Origin: Eledone cirrhosa
Taxonomy: Eukaryota
NCBI GenBank assembly: GCA_964016885.1
Contig: OZ024750.1
Coordinates: 41,788,001 to 41,852,000 of the forward strand
DNA length: 64,000 bases
Direction of reading: 5' to 3'
Shown here in pieces: positions 1-15,000 of this stretch; the stretch's first letter is position 1; each line of letters begins with the position of its first letter. A program made the translations under genes and the position numbers. Below the pieces are notes generated by a model. That model was given only the letters and a program-made list of their open reading frames with translations. It did not search any database and had not been told where the DNA came from.

Positions 1-3000
1 ATCATGTGTAGTAACGTGACAGCTACAGCATGTGGTCATCATCATGTGTAGTAATGTGACAGCTAGAGCATGTGGTCATCATCATGTGTAGTAATGTGAC
101 AGCTAGAGCATGTGGTCATCATCATGTGTAGTAATGTGACAGCTACAGCATGTGGTCATCATCATGTGTAGTAATGTGACAGCTACATCATGTGGTCATC
201 ATCATCTGTAGTAATGTGACAGCTACAGCATGTGGTCATCATCATGTGTAGTAATGTGACAACTACAGCATGGGATCATCATCATGTGTAGTAATGTGAC
301 AGCTACAGCATGTGGTCATCATCATCTGTAGTAATGTGACAACTACAGCATGTGGTCATCATCATGTGTAGTAATCTGACAGCTACAGCATGTGGTCATC
401 ATCATGTGTAGTAATGTGACAGCTACAGCATGTGGTCATCATCATGTGTAGTAATGTGACAACTACAGCATGTGGTCATCATCATGTGTAGTAATGTGAC
501 AGCTACAGCATGTGGTCATCATCATGTGTAGTAATGTGACAGCTAGAGCATGTGGCCATCATCATGTGTAGTAATGTGACACCTAGACCATGTGGTCATC
601 ATCATGTGTAGTAATGTGACAGCTACAGCATGTGGTCATCATCATGTGTAGTAATGTGACAGCTACAGCATGTGGTCATCATCATGTGTAGTAATGTGAC
701 AACTACAGCATGTGGCCATCATCATGTGTAGTAATGTGACAACTACAGCCTGTGGTCATCATCATGTGTAGTAATGTGACAGCTACAGCATGTGGTCATC
801 ATCATGTGTAGTAATGTGACAGCTACAGTATGTGGTCATCATCATGTGTAGTAATGTGACAACTACAGCATGTGGTCATCATCATGTGTAGTAATGTGAC
901 AACTACAGCATGTGGCCATCATCATGTGTAGTAATGTGACAACTACAGCCTGTGGTCATCATCATGTGTAGTAATGTGACAGCTACAGCATGTGGTCATC
1001 ATCATGTGTAGTAATGTGACAGCTACAGTATGTGGTCATCATCATGTGTAGTAATGTGACAACTACAGCATGTGGTCATCATCATGTGTAGTAATGTGAC
1101 AGCTACAGCATGTGGTCATCATTATGTGTAGTAATGTGACAGCTACAGCATGTGGTCATCATCATGTGTAGTAATGTGACAACAACAGCATGTGGTCATC
1201 ATCATGTGTAGTAATGTGACAGCTACAGCATGTGGTCATCATCAAGTGTAGTAATGTGACAACTACAGCATGTGGTCATCATCATGTGTAGTAATGTGAC
1301 AACTACAGCATGTGGTTATCATCATGTGTAGTAATATGACAGCTACAGCATGTGGTCATCATCATTTGTAGTAATGTGACAACTACAGCATGTGGTCATC
1401 ATCATGTGTAGTAATGTGACAACTACAGCATGTGGTCATCATCATCTGTAGTAATGTGACAGCTACATCATGTGGTCATCATCATGTGTAGTAATGTGAC
1501 AGCTACAGCATGTGGTCATCATCATGTGTAGTAATGTGACAACTACAGCATGTGGTCATCATCATGTGTAGTAATGTGACAACTACAGCATGTGGTCATC
1601 ATCATGTGTAGTAATGTGACAGCTACATCATGTGGTCATCATCATCTGTAGTAATGTGACAGCTACAGCATGTGGTCATCATCATGCATAGTAATGTGAC
1701 AACTACAGCATGTGGTCATCATCATGTGTAGTAATGTGACAACTACAGCATGTGGTCATCATCATGTGTAGTAATGTGACAACTACAGCATGTGGTCATC
1801 ATCATGTGTAGTAATGTGACGGCTACAGCATGTGGTCATCATCATGTGTAGTAATGTGACAGCTACAGCATGTGGTCATCATCATGTGTAGTAATGTGAC
1901 AGCTACAGCATGTGGTCATCATCATGTGTAGTAATGTGACAGCTACAGCATGTGGTCATCATCATGTGTAGTAACGTGACAGCTACAGCATGTGGTCATC
2001 ATCATGTGTAGTAATATGACAGCTACAGCATGTGGTCATCATCATGTGTAGTAATATGACAGCTAGAGCATGTGGTCATCATCATGTGTAGTAATGTGAC
2101 AACTACAGCATGTGGTCATCATCATGTGTAGTAATGTGACAGCTACAGCATGAGGTCATCATCATGTGTAGTAATGTGACAGCTAGAGCATGTGGTCATC
2201 ATCATGTGTAGTAATGTGACAACTACAGCATGTGGTCATCATCATGTGTAGTAATGTGACAACTACAGCATGTGGTCATCATCATCTGTAGTAATGTGAC
2301 AACTAGAGCATGTGGTCATCATCATGTGTAGTAATGTGACAACTACAGCATGTGGTCATCATCATGTGTAGTAACGAAACAGCTAGAGTATGTGGTCATC
2401 ATCATGTGTAGTAATGTGACAGCTAGAGCATGTGGTCATCATCATGTGTAGTAATGTGACAACTACAGCATGTGGTCATCATCATGTGTAGTAATGTGAC
2501 AGCTAGAGCATGTGGTCATCATCATGTGTAGTAATGTGACAGCTAGAGCATGTGGTCATCATCATTTGTAGTAATGTGACAACTACAGCATGTGGTCATC
2601 ATCATGTGTAGTAATGTGACAGCTACAGCATGTGGTCATCATCATGTGTAGTAACGTGACAAATACAGCATGTGGTCATCATCATGTGTAGTAACGTGAC
2701 AGCTACAGCATGTGGTCATCATCATGTGTAGTAACGTGACAGCTACAGCATGTGGTCATCATCATGTGTAGTAACGTGACAAATACAGCATGTGGTCATC
2801 ATCATGTGTAGTAATGTGACAGCTACAGCATGTGCTCATCATCATGTGTAGTAACGTGACAACTACAGCATGTGGTCATCATCATCTGTAGTAATGTGAC
2901 AGCTACATCATGTGGTCATCATCATGTGTAGTAATGTGACAGCTACAGTATGTGGTCATCATCATGTGTAGTAATGTGACAGCTAGAGCATGTGGTCATC

Positions 3001-6000
3001 ATCATTTGTAGTAATGTGACAACTACAGCATGTGGTCATCATCATGTGTAGTAATGTGACAGCTAGAGCATGTGGTCATCATCATGTGTAGTAACGTGAC
3101 AAATACAGCATGTGGTCATCATCATGTGTAGTAATGTGACAGCTACAGCATGTGGTCATCATCATGTGTAGTAATGTGACAGCTACAGCATGTGGTCATC
3201 ATCATGTGCAGTAATGTGACAACTACAGCATGTGGTCATGATCATGTGTAGTAATGTTACAACTACAGCATGTGGCCATCATCATGTGTAGTAATGTGAC
3301 AACTACAGCATGTGGTCATCATCATCTGTAGTAATGTGACAGCTACATCATGTGGTCATCATCATGTGTAGTAATGTGACAGCTACAGCATGTGGTCATC
3401 ATCATGTGTAGTAATGTGACAGCTACAGCATGTGCTCATCATCATGTGTAGTAATGTGACAGCTAGAGCATGTGGTCATCATCATTTGTAGTAATGTGAC
3501 AACTACAGCATGTGGTCATCATCATGTGTAGTAATGTGACAGCTAGAGCATGTGGTCATCATCATGTGTGGTAACGTGACAAATACAGCATGTGGTCATC
3601 ATCATGTGTAGTAACGTGACAAATACAGCATGTGGTCATCATCATGTGTAGTAATGTGACAGCTACAGCATGTGGTCATCATCATGTGTAGTAATGTGAC
3701 AGCTACAGCATGTGGTCATCATCATGTGCAGTAATGTGACAACTACAGCATGTGGTCATCATCATGTGTAGTAATGTGACATCTAGAGCATTTGGCCATC
3801 ATCATGTGTAGTAATGTGACACCTAGACAATGTGGTCATCATCATGTGTAGTAATGTGACAGCTACAGCATGTGGTCATCATCATGTGTAGTAATGTGAC
3901 AACTACAGCATGTGGTCATCATCATGTGTAGTAATGTGACAGCTAGAGCATGTGGCCATCATCATGTGTAGTAATGTGACACCTAGACCATGTGGTCATC
4001 ATCATGTGTAGTAATGTGACAGCTACAGCATGTGGTCATCATCATGTGTAGTAATGTGACAGCTACAGCATGTGGTCATCATCATGTGTAGTAATGTGAC
4101 AACTACAGCATGTGGTCATCATCATGTGTAGTAATGTGACAACTACAGCATGTGGCCATCATCATGTGTAGTAATGTGACAACTACAGCCTGTGGTCATC
4201 ATCATGTGTAGTAATGTGACAGCTACAGCATGTGGTCATCATCATGTGTAGTAATGTGACAGCTACAGTATGTGGTCATCATCATGTGTAGTAATGTGAC
4301 AACTACAGCATGTGGTCATCATCATGTGTCGTAATGTGACAGCTACAGCATGTGGTCATCATCATGTGTAGTAATGTGACAGCTACAGCATGTGGTCATC
4401 ATCATGTGTAGTAATGTGACAACAACAGCATGTGGTCATCATCATGTGTAGTAATGTGACAGCTACAGCATGTGGTCATCATCAAGTGTAGTAATGTGAC
4501 AACTACAGCATGTGGTCATCATCATGTGTAGTAATGTGACAACTACAGCATGTGGTTATCATCATGTGTAGTAATATGACAGCTACAGCATGTGGTCATC
4601 ATCATTTGTAGTAATGTGACAACTACAGCATGTGGTCATCATCATGTGTAGTAATGTTACAACTACAGCATGTGGCCATCATCATGTGTAGTAATGTGAC
4701 AACTACAGCATGTGGTCATCATCATCTGTAGTAATGTGACAGCTACATCATGTGGTCATCATCATGTGTAGTAATGTGACAGCTACAGCATCTGGTCATC
4801 ATCATGTGTAGTAATGTGACAACTACAGCATGTGGTCATCATCATGTGTAGTAATGTGACAACTACAGCATGTGGTCATCATCATGTGTAGTAATGTGAC
4901 AGCTACATCATGTGGTCATCATCATCTGTAGTAATGTGACAGCTACAGCATGTGGTCATCATCATGTATAGTAATGTGACAACTACAGCATGTGGTCATC
5001 ATCATGTGTAGTAATGTGACAACTACAGCATGTGGTCATCATCATGTGTAGTAATGTGACAACTACAGCATGTGGTCATCATCATGTGTAGTAATGTGAC
5101 AGCTACAGCATGTAGTCATCATCATGTGTAGTAATGTGACGGCTACAGCATGTGGTCATCATCATGTGTAGTAATGTGACAACTACAGCATGTGGTCATC
5201 ATCATCTGTAGTAATGTGACAGCTACAGCATGTGGTCATCATCATGTGTAGTAATGTGACAGCTAGAGCATGTGGTCATCATCATGTGTAGTAATGTGAC
5301 AGCTACAGCATGTGGTCATCATCATGCGTAGTAATGTGACAGCTACAGCATGTGGTCATCATCATGTGTAGTAATATGACAGCTAGAGCATGTGGTCATC
5401 ATCATGTGTAGTAATGTGACAACTACAGCATGTGGTCATCATCATGTGTAGTAATGTGACAGCTACAGCATGAGGTCATCATCATGTGTAGTAATGTGAC
5501 AGCTAGAGCATGTGGTCATCATCATGTGTAGTAATGTGACAACTACAGCATGTGGTCATCATCATGTGTAGTAATGTGACAACTACAGCATGTGGTCATC
5601 ATCATGTGTAGTAATGTGACAGCTAGAGCATGTGGTCATCATCATGTGTAGTAATGTGACAGCTAGAGCATGTGGTCATCATCATTTGTAGTAATGTGAC
5701 AACTACAGCATGTGGTCATCATCATGTGTAGTAATGTGACAGCTAGAGCATGTGGTCATCATCATGTGTAGTAACGTGACAAATACAGCATGTGGTCATC
5801 ATCATGTGTAGTAACGTGACAAATACAGCATGTGGTCATCATCATGTGTAGTAATGTGACAGCTACAGCATGTGGTCATCATCATGTGCAGTAATGTGAC
5901 AACTACAGCATGTCGTCATGATCATGTGTAGTAATGTTACAACTACAGCATGTGGCCATCATCATGTGTAGTAATGTGACAACTACAGCATGTGGTCATC

Positions 6001-9000
6001 AGCATCTGTAGTAATGTGACAGCTACATCATGTGGTCATCATCATGTGTAGTAATGTGACAGCTACAGCATGTGGTCATCATCATGTGTAGTAATGTGAC
6101 AGCTACAGCATGTGCTCATCATCATGTGTAGTAATGTGACAGCTAGAGCATGTGGTCATCATCATGTGTAGTAATGTGACAACTACAGCATGTGGTCATC
6201 ATCATGTGTAGTAATGTGACAACTACAGCATGTGGTCATCATCATTTGTAGTAATGTGACAGCTAGAGCATGTGGTCATCATCATGTGTAGTAATGTGAC
6301 AACTACAGCATGTGGTCATCATCATGTGTAGTAATGTGACAACTACAGCATGTGGTCATCATCATGTGTAGTAATGTGACAGCTACAGCATGTGGTCATC
6401 ATCATGTGTAGTAATGTGACAGCTACAGCATGTGGTCATCATCATGTGTAGTAATGTGACAACTACAGCATGTGGTCATCATCATGTGTAGTAATGTGAC
6501 AGCTAGAGCATGTGGTCATCATCATGTGTAGTAATGTGACACCTAGAGCATGTGATCATCATCATGTGTAGTAATGTGACAGCTACAGCATGTGGTCATC
6601 ATCATGTGTAGTAATGTGACAGCTACAGCATGTGGTCATCATCATGTGTAGTAATGTGACAACTACAGCATGTGGTCATCATCATGTGTAGTAATGTGAC
6701 AACTACAGCATGTGGTCATTATCATCTGTAGTAATGTGACAACTACAGCATGTGGTCATCATCATGTGTAGTAATGTGACAACTACAGCATGTGGTCATC
6801 ATCATGTGTAGTAATGTGACAGCTAGAGCATGTGGTCATCATCATGTGTAGTAATATGACAGCTAGAGCATGTGGTCATCATCATGTGTAGTAATGTGAC
6901 AGCTAGAGCATGTGGTCATCACCATGTGTAGTAATGTGACAGCTAGAGCATGTGGTCATCATCATGTGTAGTAACGTGACAAATACAGCATGTGGTCATC
7001 ATCATGTGTAGTAATGTTACAACTACAGCATGTGGCCATCATCATGTGTAGTAACGTGACAAATACAGCATGTGGCCCTCATCATGTGTAGTAATGTGAC
7101 AGCTAGAGCATGTGGTCATCATCATGTGTAGTAATGTGACAACTACAGCATGTGGTCATCATCATGTGTAGTAATGTGACAGCTAGAGCATGTGGTCATC
7201 ATCATGTGTAGTAATGTGACAGCTAGAGCATGTGGTCATCATCATGTGTAGTAATGTGACAACTACAGCATGTGGTCATCATCATGTGTAGTAATGTGAC
7301 AGCTAGAGCATGTGGTCATCATCATGTGTAGTAATGTGACAACTACAGCATGTGGTCATCATCATGTGTAGTAATGTGACAGCTAGAGCATGTGGTCATC
7401 ATCATGTGTAGTAATGTGACAGCTAGAGCATGTGGTCATCATCATGTGTAGTAATGTGACAACTACAGCATGTGGTCATCATCATGTGTAGTAATGTGAC
7501 AGCTAGAGCATGTGGTCATCATCATGTGTAGTAATGTGACAACTACAGCATGTGGTCATCATCATGTGTAGTAATGTGACAGCTACAGCATGTGGTCATC
7601 ATCATGTGTAGTAATGTGACAACTACAGCATGTGGTCATCATCATGTGTAGTAATGTGACAGCTACAGCATGTGGTCATCATCATGTGTAGTAACGTGAC
7701 AGCTACAGCATGTGGTCATCATCATGTGTAGTAATGTGACAACTACAGCATGTGGTCATCATCATGTGTAGTAATGTGACAGCTACAGCATGTGGTCATC
7801 ATCATGTGTAGTAATGTGACAGCTACAGCATGTGGTCATCATCATGTGTAGTAATGTGACAACTATAGCATGTGGTCATCATCATGTGTAGTAATGTGAC
7901 AACTACAGCATGTGGTCATCATCATGTGTAGTAATGTGACAGCTACAGCATGTGGTCATCATCATGTGTAGTAATGTGACAACTATAGCATGTGGTCATC
8001 ATCATGTGTAGTAATGTGACAACTACAGCATGTGGTCATCATCATGTGTAGTAATGTGACAGCTAGAGCATGTGGTCATCATCATGTGTAGTAACGTGAC
8101 ACCTAGAGCATGTGGTCATCATCATGTGTAGTAATGTGACAGCTACAGCATGTGGTCATCATCATGTGTAGCAATGTGACAGCTACAGCATGTGGTCATC
8201 ATCATGTGTAGTAATGTGACAACTACAGCATGTGGTCATCATCATGTGTAGTAATGTGACAGCTAGAGCATGTGGTCATCATCATGTGTAGTAACGTGAC
8301 AGCTACAGCATGTGGTCATCATCATGTGTAGTAATGTGACAGCTAGAGCATGTGGTCATCATCATGTGTAGTAATGTGACAACTACAGCATGTGGTCATC
8401 ATCATGTGTAGTAATGTGATAGCTAGAGCATGTTGTCATCATCATGTGTAGTAATGTGACAGCTACAGCATGTGGTCATCATCATGTGTAGTAATGTGAC
8501 AACTACAGCATGTGGTCATCATCATGTGTAGTAACGTGACAGCTACAGCATTTGGTCATCATCATGTGTAGTAATGTGACAGCTACAGCATGTGGTAATC
8601 ATCATGTGTAGTAATGTGACAGCTACAGCATGTGGTCATCATCATGTGTAGTAATGTGACAGCTACAGCATGTGGTCATCATCATGTGTAGTAATGTGAT
8701 AGCTAGAGCATGTGGTCATCATCATGTGTAGTAATGTGACAGCTACAGCATGTGGTCATCATCATGTGTAGTAATGTGACAGCTACAGCATGTGGTCATC
8801 ATCATGTGTAGTAATGTGACAACTACAGCATGTGGTCATCATCATGTTTAGTAATGTGACAGCTAGAGCATGTGGTCATCATCATGTGTAGTAATGTGAC
8901 AACTACAGCATGTGGTCATCATCATGTGTAGTAATGTGACAGCTACAGCATGTGGTCATCATCATGTGTAGTAATGTGACAACTACAGCATGTGGTCATC

Positions 9001-12000
9001 ATCATGTGTAGTAATGTGACAGCTACAGCATGTGGTCATCATTATGTGTAGTAATGTGACAGCTAGAGCATGTGGTCATCATCATGTGTAGTAATGTGAC
9101 AACTACAGCATGTGGTCAACATCATGTGTAGTAATGTGACAACTACAGCATGTGGTCATCATCATGTGTAGTAATGTGACAGTTACATCATGTGGTCATC
9201 ATCATGTGTAGTAATGTGACAGCTACGGCATATGGTCATTATCATGTGTAGTAATGTGACAGCTAGAGCATGTGGTCATCATCATGTGTAGTAATGTGAC
9301 AGCTACAGCATGTGGTCATCATCATGTGTAGTAACGTGACAGCTAGAGCATGTGGTCATCATCATGTGTAGTAATGTGACAACTACAGCATGTGGTCATC
9401 ATCATGTGTAGTAATGTGACAGCTAGAGCATGTGGTCATCATCATGTGTAGTAATGTGACACCTAGAGCATATGGTCATCATCATGTGTAGAAATGTGAC
9501 AGCTACAGCATGTGGTCATCATCATGTGTAGTAATGTGACAGCTACAGCACGTGGTCATCATCATGTGTAGTAATGTGACAACTACAGCATGTGGTCATC
9601 ATCATGTGTAGTAATGTGACAGCTAGAGCATGTGGTCATCATCATGTGTAGTAATGTGACAACTACAGCATGTGGTCATCATCATGTGTAGTAATGTCAC
9701 AACTACAGCATGTGGTCATCATCATGTGTAGTAATGTGACAGCTACATCATGTGGTCATCATCATGTTTAGTAATGTGACAGCTAGAGCATGTGGTCATC
9801 ATCATGTGTAGTAATGTGACAACTACAGCATGTGGTCATCATCATGTGTAGTAATGTGACAGCTACAGCATGTGGTCATCATCATGTGTAGTAATGTGAC
9901 AACTACAGCATGTGGTCATCATCATGTGTAGTAATGTGACAGCTACAGCATGTGGTCATCATCATGTGTAGTAATGTGACAGCTAGAGCATGTGGTCATC
10001 ATCATGTGTAGTAATGTGACAACTACAGCATGTGGTCAACATCATGTGTAGTAATGTGACAACTACAGCATGTGGTCATCATCATGTGTAGTAATGTGAC
10101 ACCTAGAGCATGTGGTCATCATCATGGGTAGAAATGTGACAGCTACAGCATGTGGTCATCATCATGTGTAGTAATGTGACAGCTACAGCACGTGGTCATC
10201 ATCATGTGTAGTAATGTGACATCTACAGCATGTGGTCATCATCATGTGTAGTACTGTGACAACTACAGCATGTGGCCATCATCATGTGTAGTAATGTGAC
10301 AGCTAGAGCATGTGGTCATCATCATGTGTAGTAATGTGACAACTACAGCATGTGGTCATCATCATGTGTAGTAATGTGACAGCTAGAACATGTGGTCATC
10401 ATCATGTGTAGTAATGTGACAACTACAGCATGTGGTCAACATCATGTGTAGTAATGTGACAACTACAGCATGTGGTCATCATCATGTGTAGTAATGTGAC
10501 AGTTACATCATGTGGTCATCATCATGTGTAGTAACGTGACAGCTAGGGCATGTGGTCATCATCATGTGTAGTAATGTGACAACTACAGCATGTGGTCATC
10601 ATCACGTGTAGTAATGTGACAGCTACATCATGTGGTCATCATGATGTGTAGTAATGTGACAACTACAGCATGTGGTCATCATCATGTGTAGCAATGTGAC
10701 AGCTACAGCATGTGGTCATCATTATGTGTAGTAATGTGACAACTACAGCATGTGGTCATCATCATGTGTAGTAATGTGACAGCTACAGCATGTGGTCATC
10801 ATCATCTGTAGTAATGTGACAACTACAGCATGTGGTCATCATCATGTGTAGTAACGTGACAGCTACAGCATTTGGTCATCATCATGTGTAGTAATGTGAC
10901 AGCTACAGCATGTGGTAATCATCATGTGTAGTAATGTGACAGCTACAGCATGTGGTCATCATCATGTGTAGTAATGTGCCAGCTACAGCATGTGGTCATC
11001 ATCATGTGTAGTAATGTGATAGCTAGAGCATGTTGTCATCATCATGTGTAGTAATGTGACAGCTACAGCATGTGGTCATCATCATGTGTAGTAATGTGAC
11101 AGCTACAGCACGTGGTCATCATCATGTGTAGTAATGTGACATCTACAGCATGTGGTCATCATCATGTGTAGTACTGTGACAACTACAGCATGTGGCCATC
11201 ATCATGTGTAGTAATGTGACAGCTAGAGCATGTGGTCATCATCATGTGTAGTAATGTGACAACTACAGCATGTGGTCATCATCATGTGTAGTAATGTGAC
11301 AGCTACAGCATGTGGTCATCATCATGTGTAGTAATGTGACAGCTACAGCATGTGGTCATCATCATGTGTAGTAATGTGACAACTATAGCATGTGGTCATC
11401 ATCATGTGTAGTAATGTGACAACTACAGCATGTGGTCATCATCATGTGTAGTAATGTGACAGCTACAGCATGTGGTCATCATCATGTGTAGTAATGTGAC
11501 AACTATAGCATGTGGTCATCATCATGTGTAGTAATGTGACAACTACAGCATGTGGTCATCATCATGTGTAGTAATGTGACAGCTAGAGCATGTGGTCATC
11601 ATCATGTGTAGTAACGTGACACCTAGAGCATGTGGTCATCATCATGTGTAGTAATGTGACAGCTACAGCATGTGGTCATCATCATGTGTAGCAATGTGAC
11701 AGCTACAGCATGTGGTCATCATCATGTGTAGTAATGTGACAACTACAGCATGTGGTCATCATCATGTGTAGTAATGTGACAGCTAGAGCATGTGGTCATC
11801 ATCATGTGTAGTAACGTGACAGCTACAGCATGTGGTCATCATCATGTGTAGTAATGTGACAGCTAGAGCATGTGGTCATCATCATGTGTAGTAATGTGAC
11901 AACTACAGCATGTGGTCATCATCATGTGTAGTAATGTGATAGCTAGAGCATGTTGTCATCATCATGTGTAGTAATGTGACAGCTACAGCATGTGGTCATC

Positions 12001-15000
12001 ATCATGTGTAGTAATGTGACAACTACAGCATGTGGTCATCATCATGTGTAGTAACGTGACAGCTACAGCATTTGGTCATCATCATGTGTAGTAATGTGAC
12101 AGCTACAGCATGTGGTAATCATCATGTGTAGTAATGTGACAGCTACAGCATGTGGTCATCATCATGTGTAGTAATGTGACAGCTACAGCATGTGGTCATC
12201 ATCATGTGTAGTAATGTGATAGCTAGAGCATGTGGTCATCATCATGTGTAGTAATGTGACAGCTACAGCATGTGGTCATCATCATGTGTAGTAATGTGAC
12301 AGCTACAGCATGTGGTCATCATCATGTGTAGTAATGTGACAACTACAGCATGTGGTCATCATCATGTTTAGTAATGTGACAGCTAGAGCATGTGGTCATC
12401 ATCATGTGTAGTAATGTGACAACTACAGCATGTGGTCATCATCATGTGTAGTAATGTGACAGCTACAGCATGTGGTCATCATCATGTGTAGTAATGTGAC
12501 AACTACAGCATGTGGTCATCATCATGTGTAGTAATGTGACAGCTACAGCATGTGGTCATCATTATGTGTAGTAATGTGACAGCTAGAGCATGTGGTCATC
12601 ATCATGTGTAGTAATGTGACAACTACAGCATGTGGTCAACATCATGTGTAGTAATGTGACAACTACAGCATGTGGTCATCATCATGTGTAGTAATGTGAC
12701 AGTTACATCATGTGGTCATCATCATGTGTAGTAATGTGACAGCTACGGCATATGGTCATTATCATGTGTAGTAATGTGACAGCTAGAGCATGTGGTCATC
12801 ATCATGTGTAGTAATGTGACAGCTACAGCATGTGGTCATCATCATGTGTAGTAACGTGACAGCTAGAGCATGTGGTCATCATCATGTGTAGTAATGTGAC
12901 AACTACAGCATGTGGTCATCATCATGTGTAGTAATGTGACAGCTAGAGCATGTGGTCATCATCATGTGTAGTAATGTGACACCTAGAGCATATGGTCATC
13001 ATCATGTGTAGAAATGTGACAGCTACAGCATGTGGTCATCATCATGTGTAGTAATGTGACAGCTACAGCACGTGGTCATCATCATGTGTAGTAATGTGAC
13101 AACTACAGCATGTGGTCATCATCATGTGTAGTAATGTGACAGCTAGAGCATGTGGTCATCATCATGTGTAGTAATGTGACAACTACAGCATGTGGTCATC
13201 ATCATGTGTAGTAATGTCACAACTACAGCATGTGGTCATCATCATGTGTAGTAATGTGACAGCTACATCATGTGGTCATCATCATGTTTAGTAATGTGAC
13301 AGCTAGAGCATGTGGTCATCATCATGTGTAGTAATGTGACAACTACAGCATGTGGTCATCATCATGTGTAGTAATGTGACAGCTACAGCATGTGGTCATC
13401 ATCATGTGTAGTAATGTGACAACTACAGCATGTGGTCATCATCATGTGTAGTAATGTGACAGCTACAGCATGTGGTCATCATCATGTGTAGTAATGTGAC
13501 AGCTAGAGCATGTGGTCATCATCATGTGTAGTAATGTGACAACTACAGCATGTGGTCAACATCATGTGTAGTAATGTGACAACTACAGCATGTGGTCATC
13601 ATCATGTGTAGTAATGTGACACCTAGAGCATGTGGTCATCATCATGGGTAGAAATGTGACAGCTACAGCATGTGGTCATCATCATGTGTAGTAATGTGAC
13701 AGCTACAGCACGTGGTCATCATCATGTGTAGTAATGTGACATCTACAGCATGTGGTCATCATCATGTGTAGTACTGTGACAACTACAGCATGTGGCCATC
13801 ATCATGTGTAGTAATGTGACAGCTAGAGCATGTGGTCATCATCATGTGTAGTAATGTGACAACTACAGCATGTGGTCATCATCATGTGTAGTAATGTGAC
13901 AGCTAGAACATGTGGTCATCATCATGTGTAGTAATGTGACAACTACAGCATGTGGTCAACATCATGTGTAGTAATGTGACAACTACAGCATGTGGTCATC
14001 ATCATGTGTAGTAATGTGACAGTTACATCATGTGGTCATCATCATGTGTAGTAACGTGACAGCTAGGGCATGTGGTCATCATCATGTGTAGTAATGTGAC
14101 AACTACAGCATGTGGTCATCATCACGTGTAGTAATGTGACAGCTACATCATGTGGTCATCATGATGTGTAGTAATGTGACAACTACAGCATGTGGTCATC
14201 ATCATGTGTAGCAATGTGACAGCTACAGCATGTGGTCATCATTATGTGTAGTAATGTGACAACTACAGCATGTGGTCATCATCATGTGTAGTAATGTGAC
14301 AGCTACAGCATGTGGTCATCATCATCTGTAGTAATGTGACAACTACAGCATGTGGTCATCATCATGTGTAGTAACGTGACAGCTACAGCATTTGGTCATC
14401 ATCATGTGTAGTAATGTGACAGCTACAGCATGTGGTAATCATCATGTGTAGTAATGTGACAGCTACAGCATGTGGTCATCATCATGTGTAGTAATGTGCC
14501 AGCTACAGCATGTGGTCATCATCATGTGTAGTAATGTGATAGCTAGAGCATGTGGTCATCATCATGTGTAGTAATGTGACAGCTACAGCATGTGGTCATC
14601 ATCATGTGTAGTAATGTGACAGCTACAGCATGTGGTCATCATCATGTGTAGTAATGTGACAGCTACAGCATGTGGTCATCATCATGTGTAGTAATGTGAC
14701 AGCTACAGCATGTGGTCATCATCATGTGTAGTAATGTGACAGCTAGAGCATGTGGTCATCATCATGTGTAGTAATGTGACACCTAGAGCATGTGGTCATC
14801 ATCATGGGTAGAAATGTGACAGCTACAGCATGTGGTCATCATCATTTGTAGTAATGTGACATCTACAGCATGTGGTCATCATCATGTGTAGTACTGTGAC
14901 AACTACAGCATGTGGCCATCATCATGTGTAGTAATGTGACAGCTAGAGCATGTGGTCATCATCATGTGTAGTAATGTGACAACTACAGCATGTGGTCATC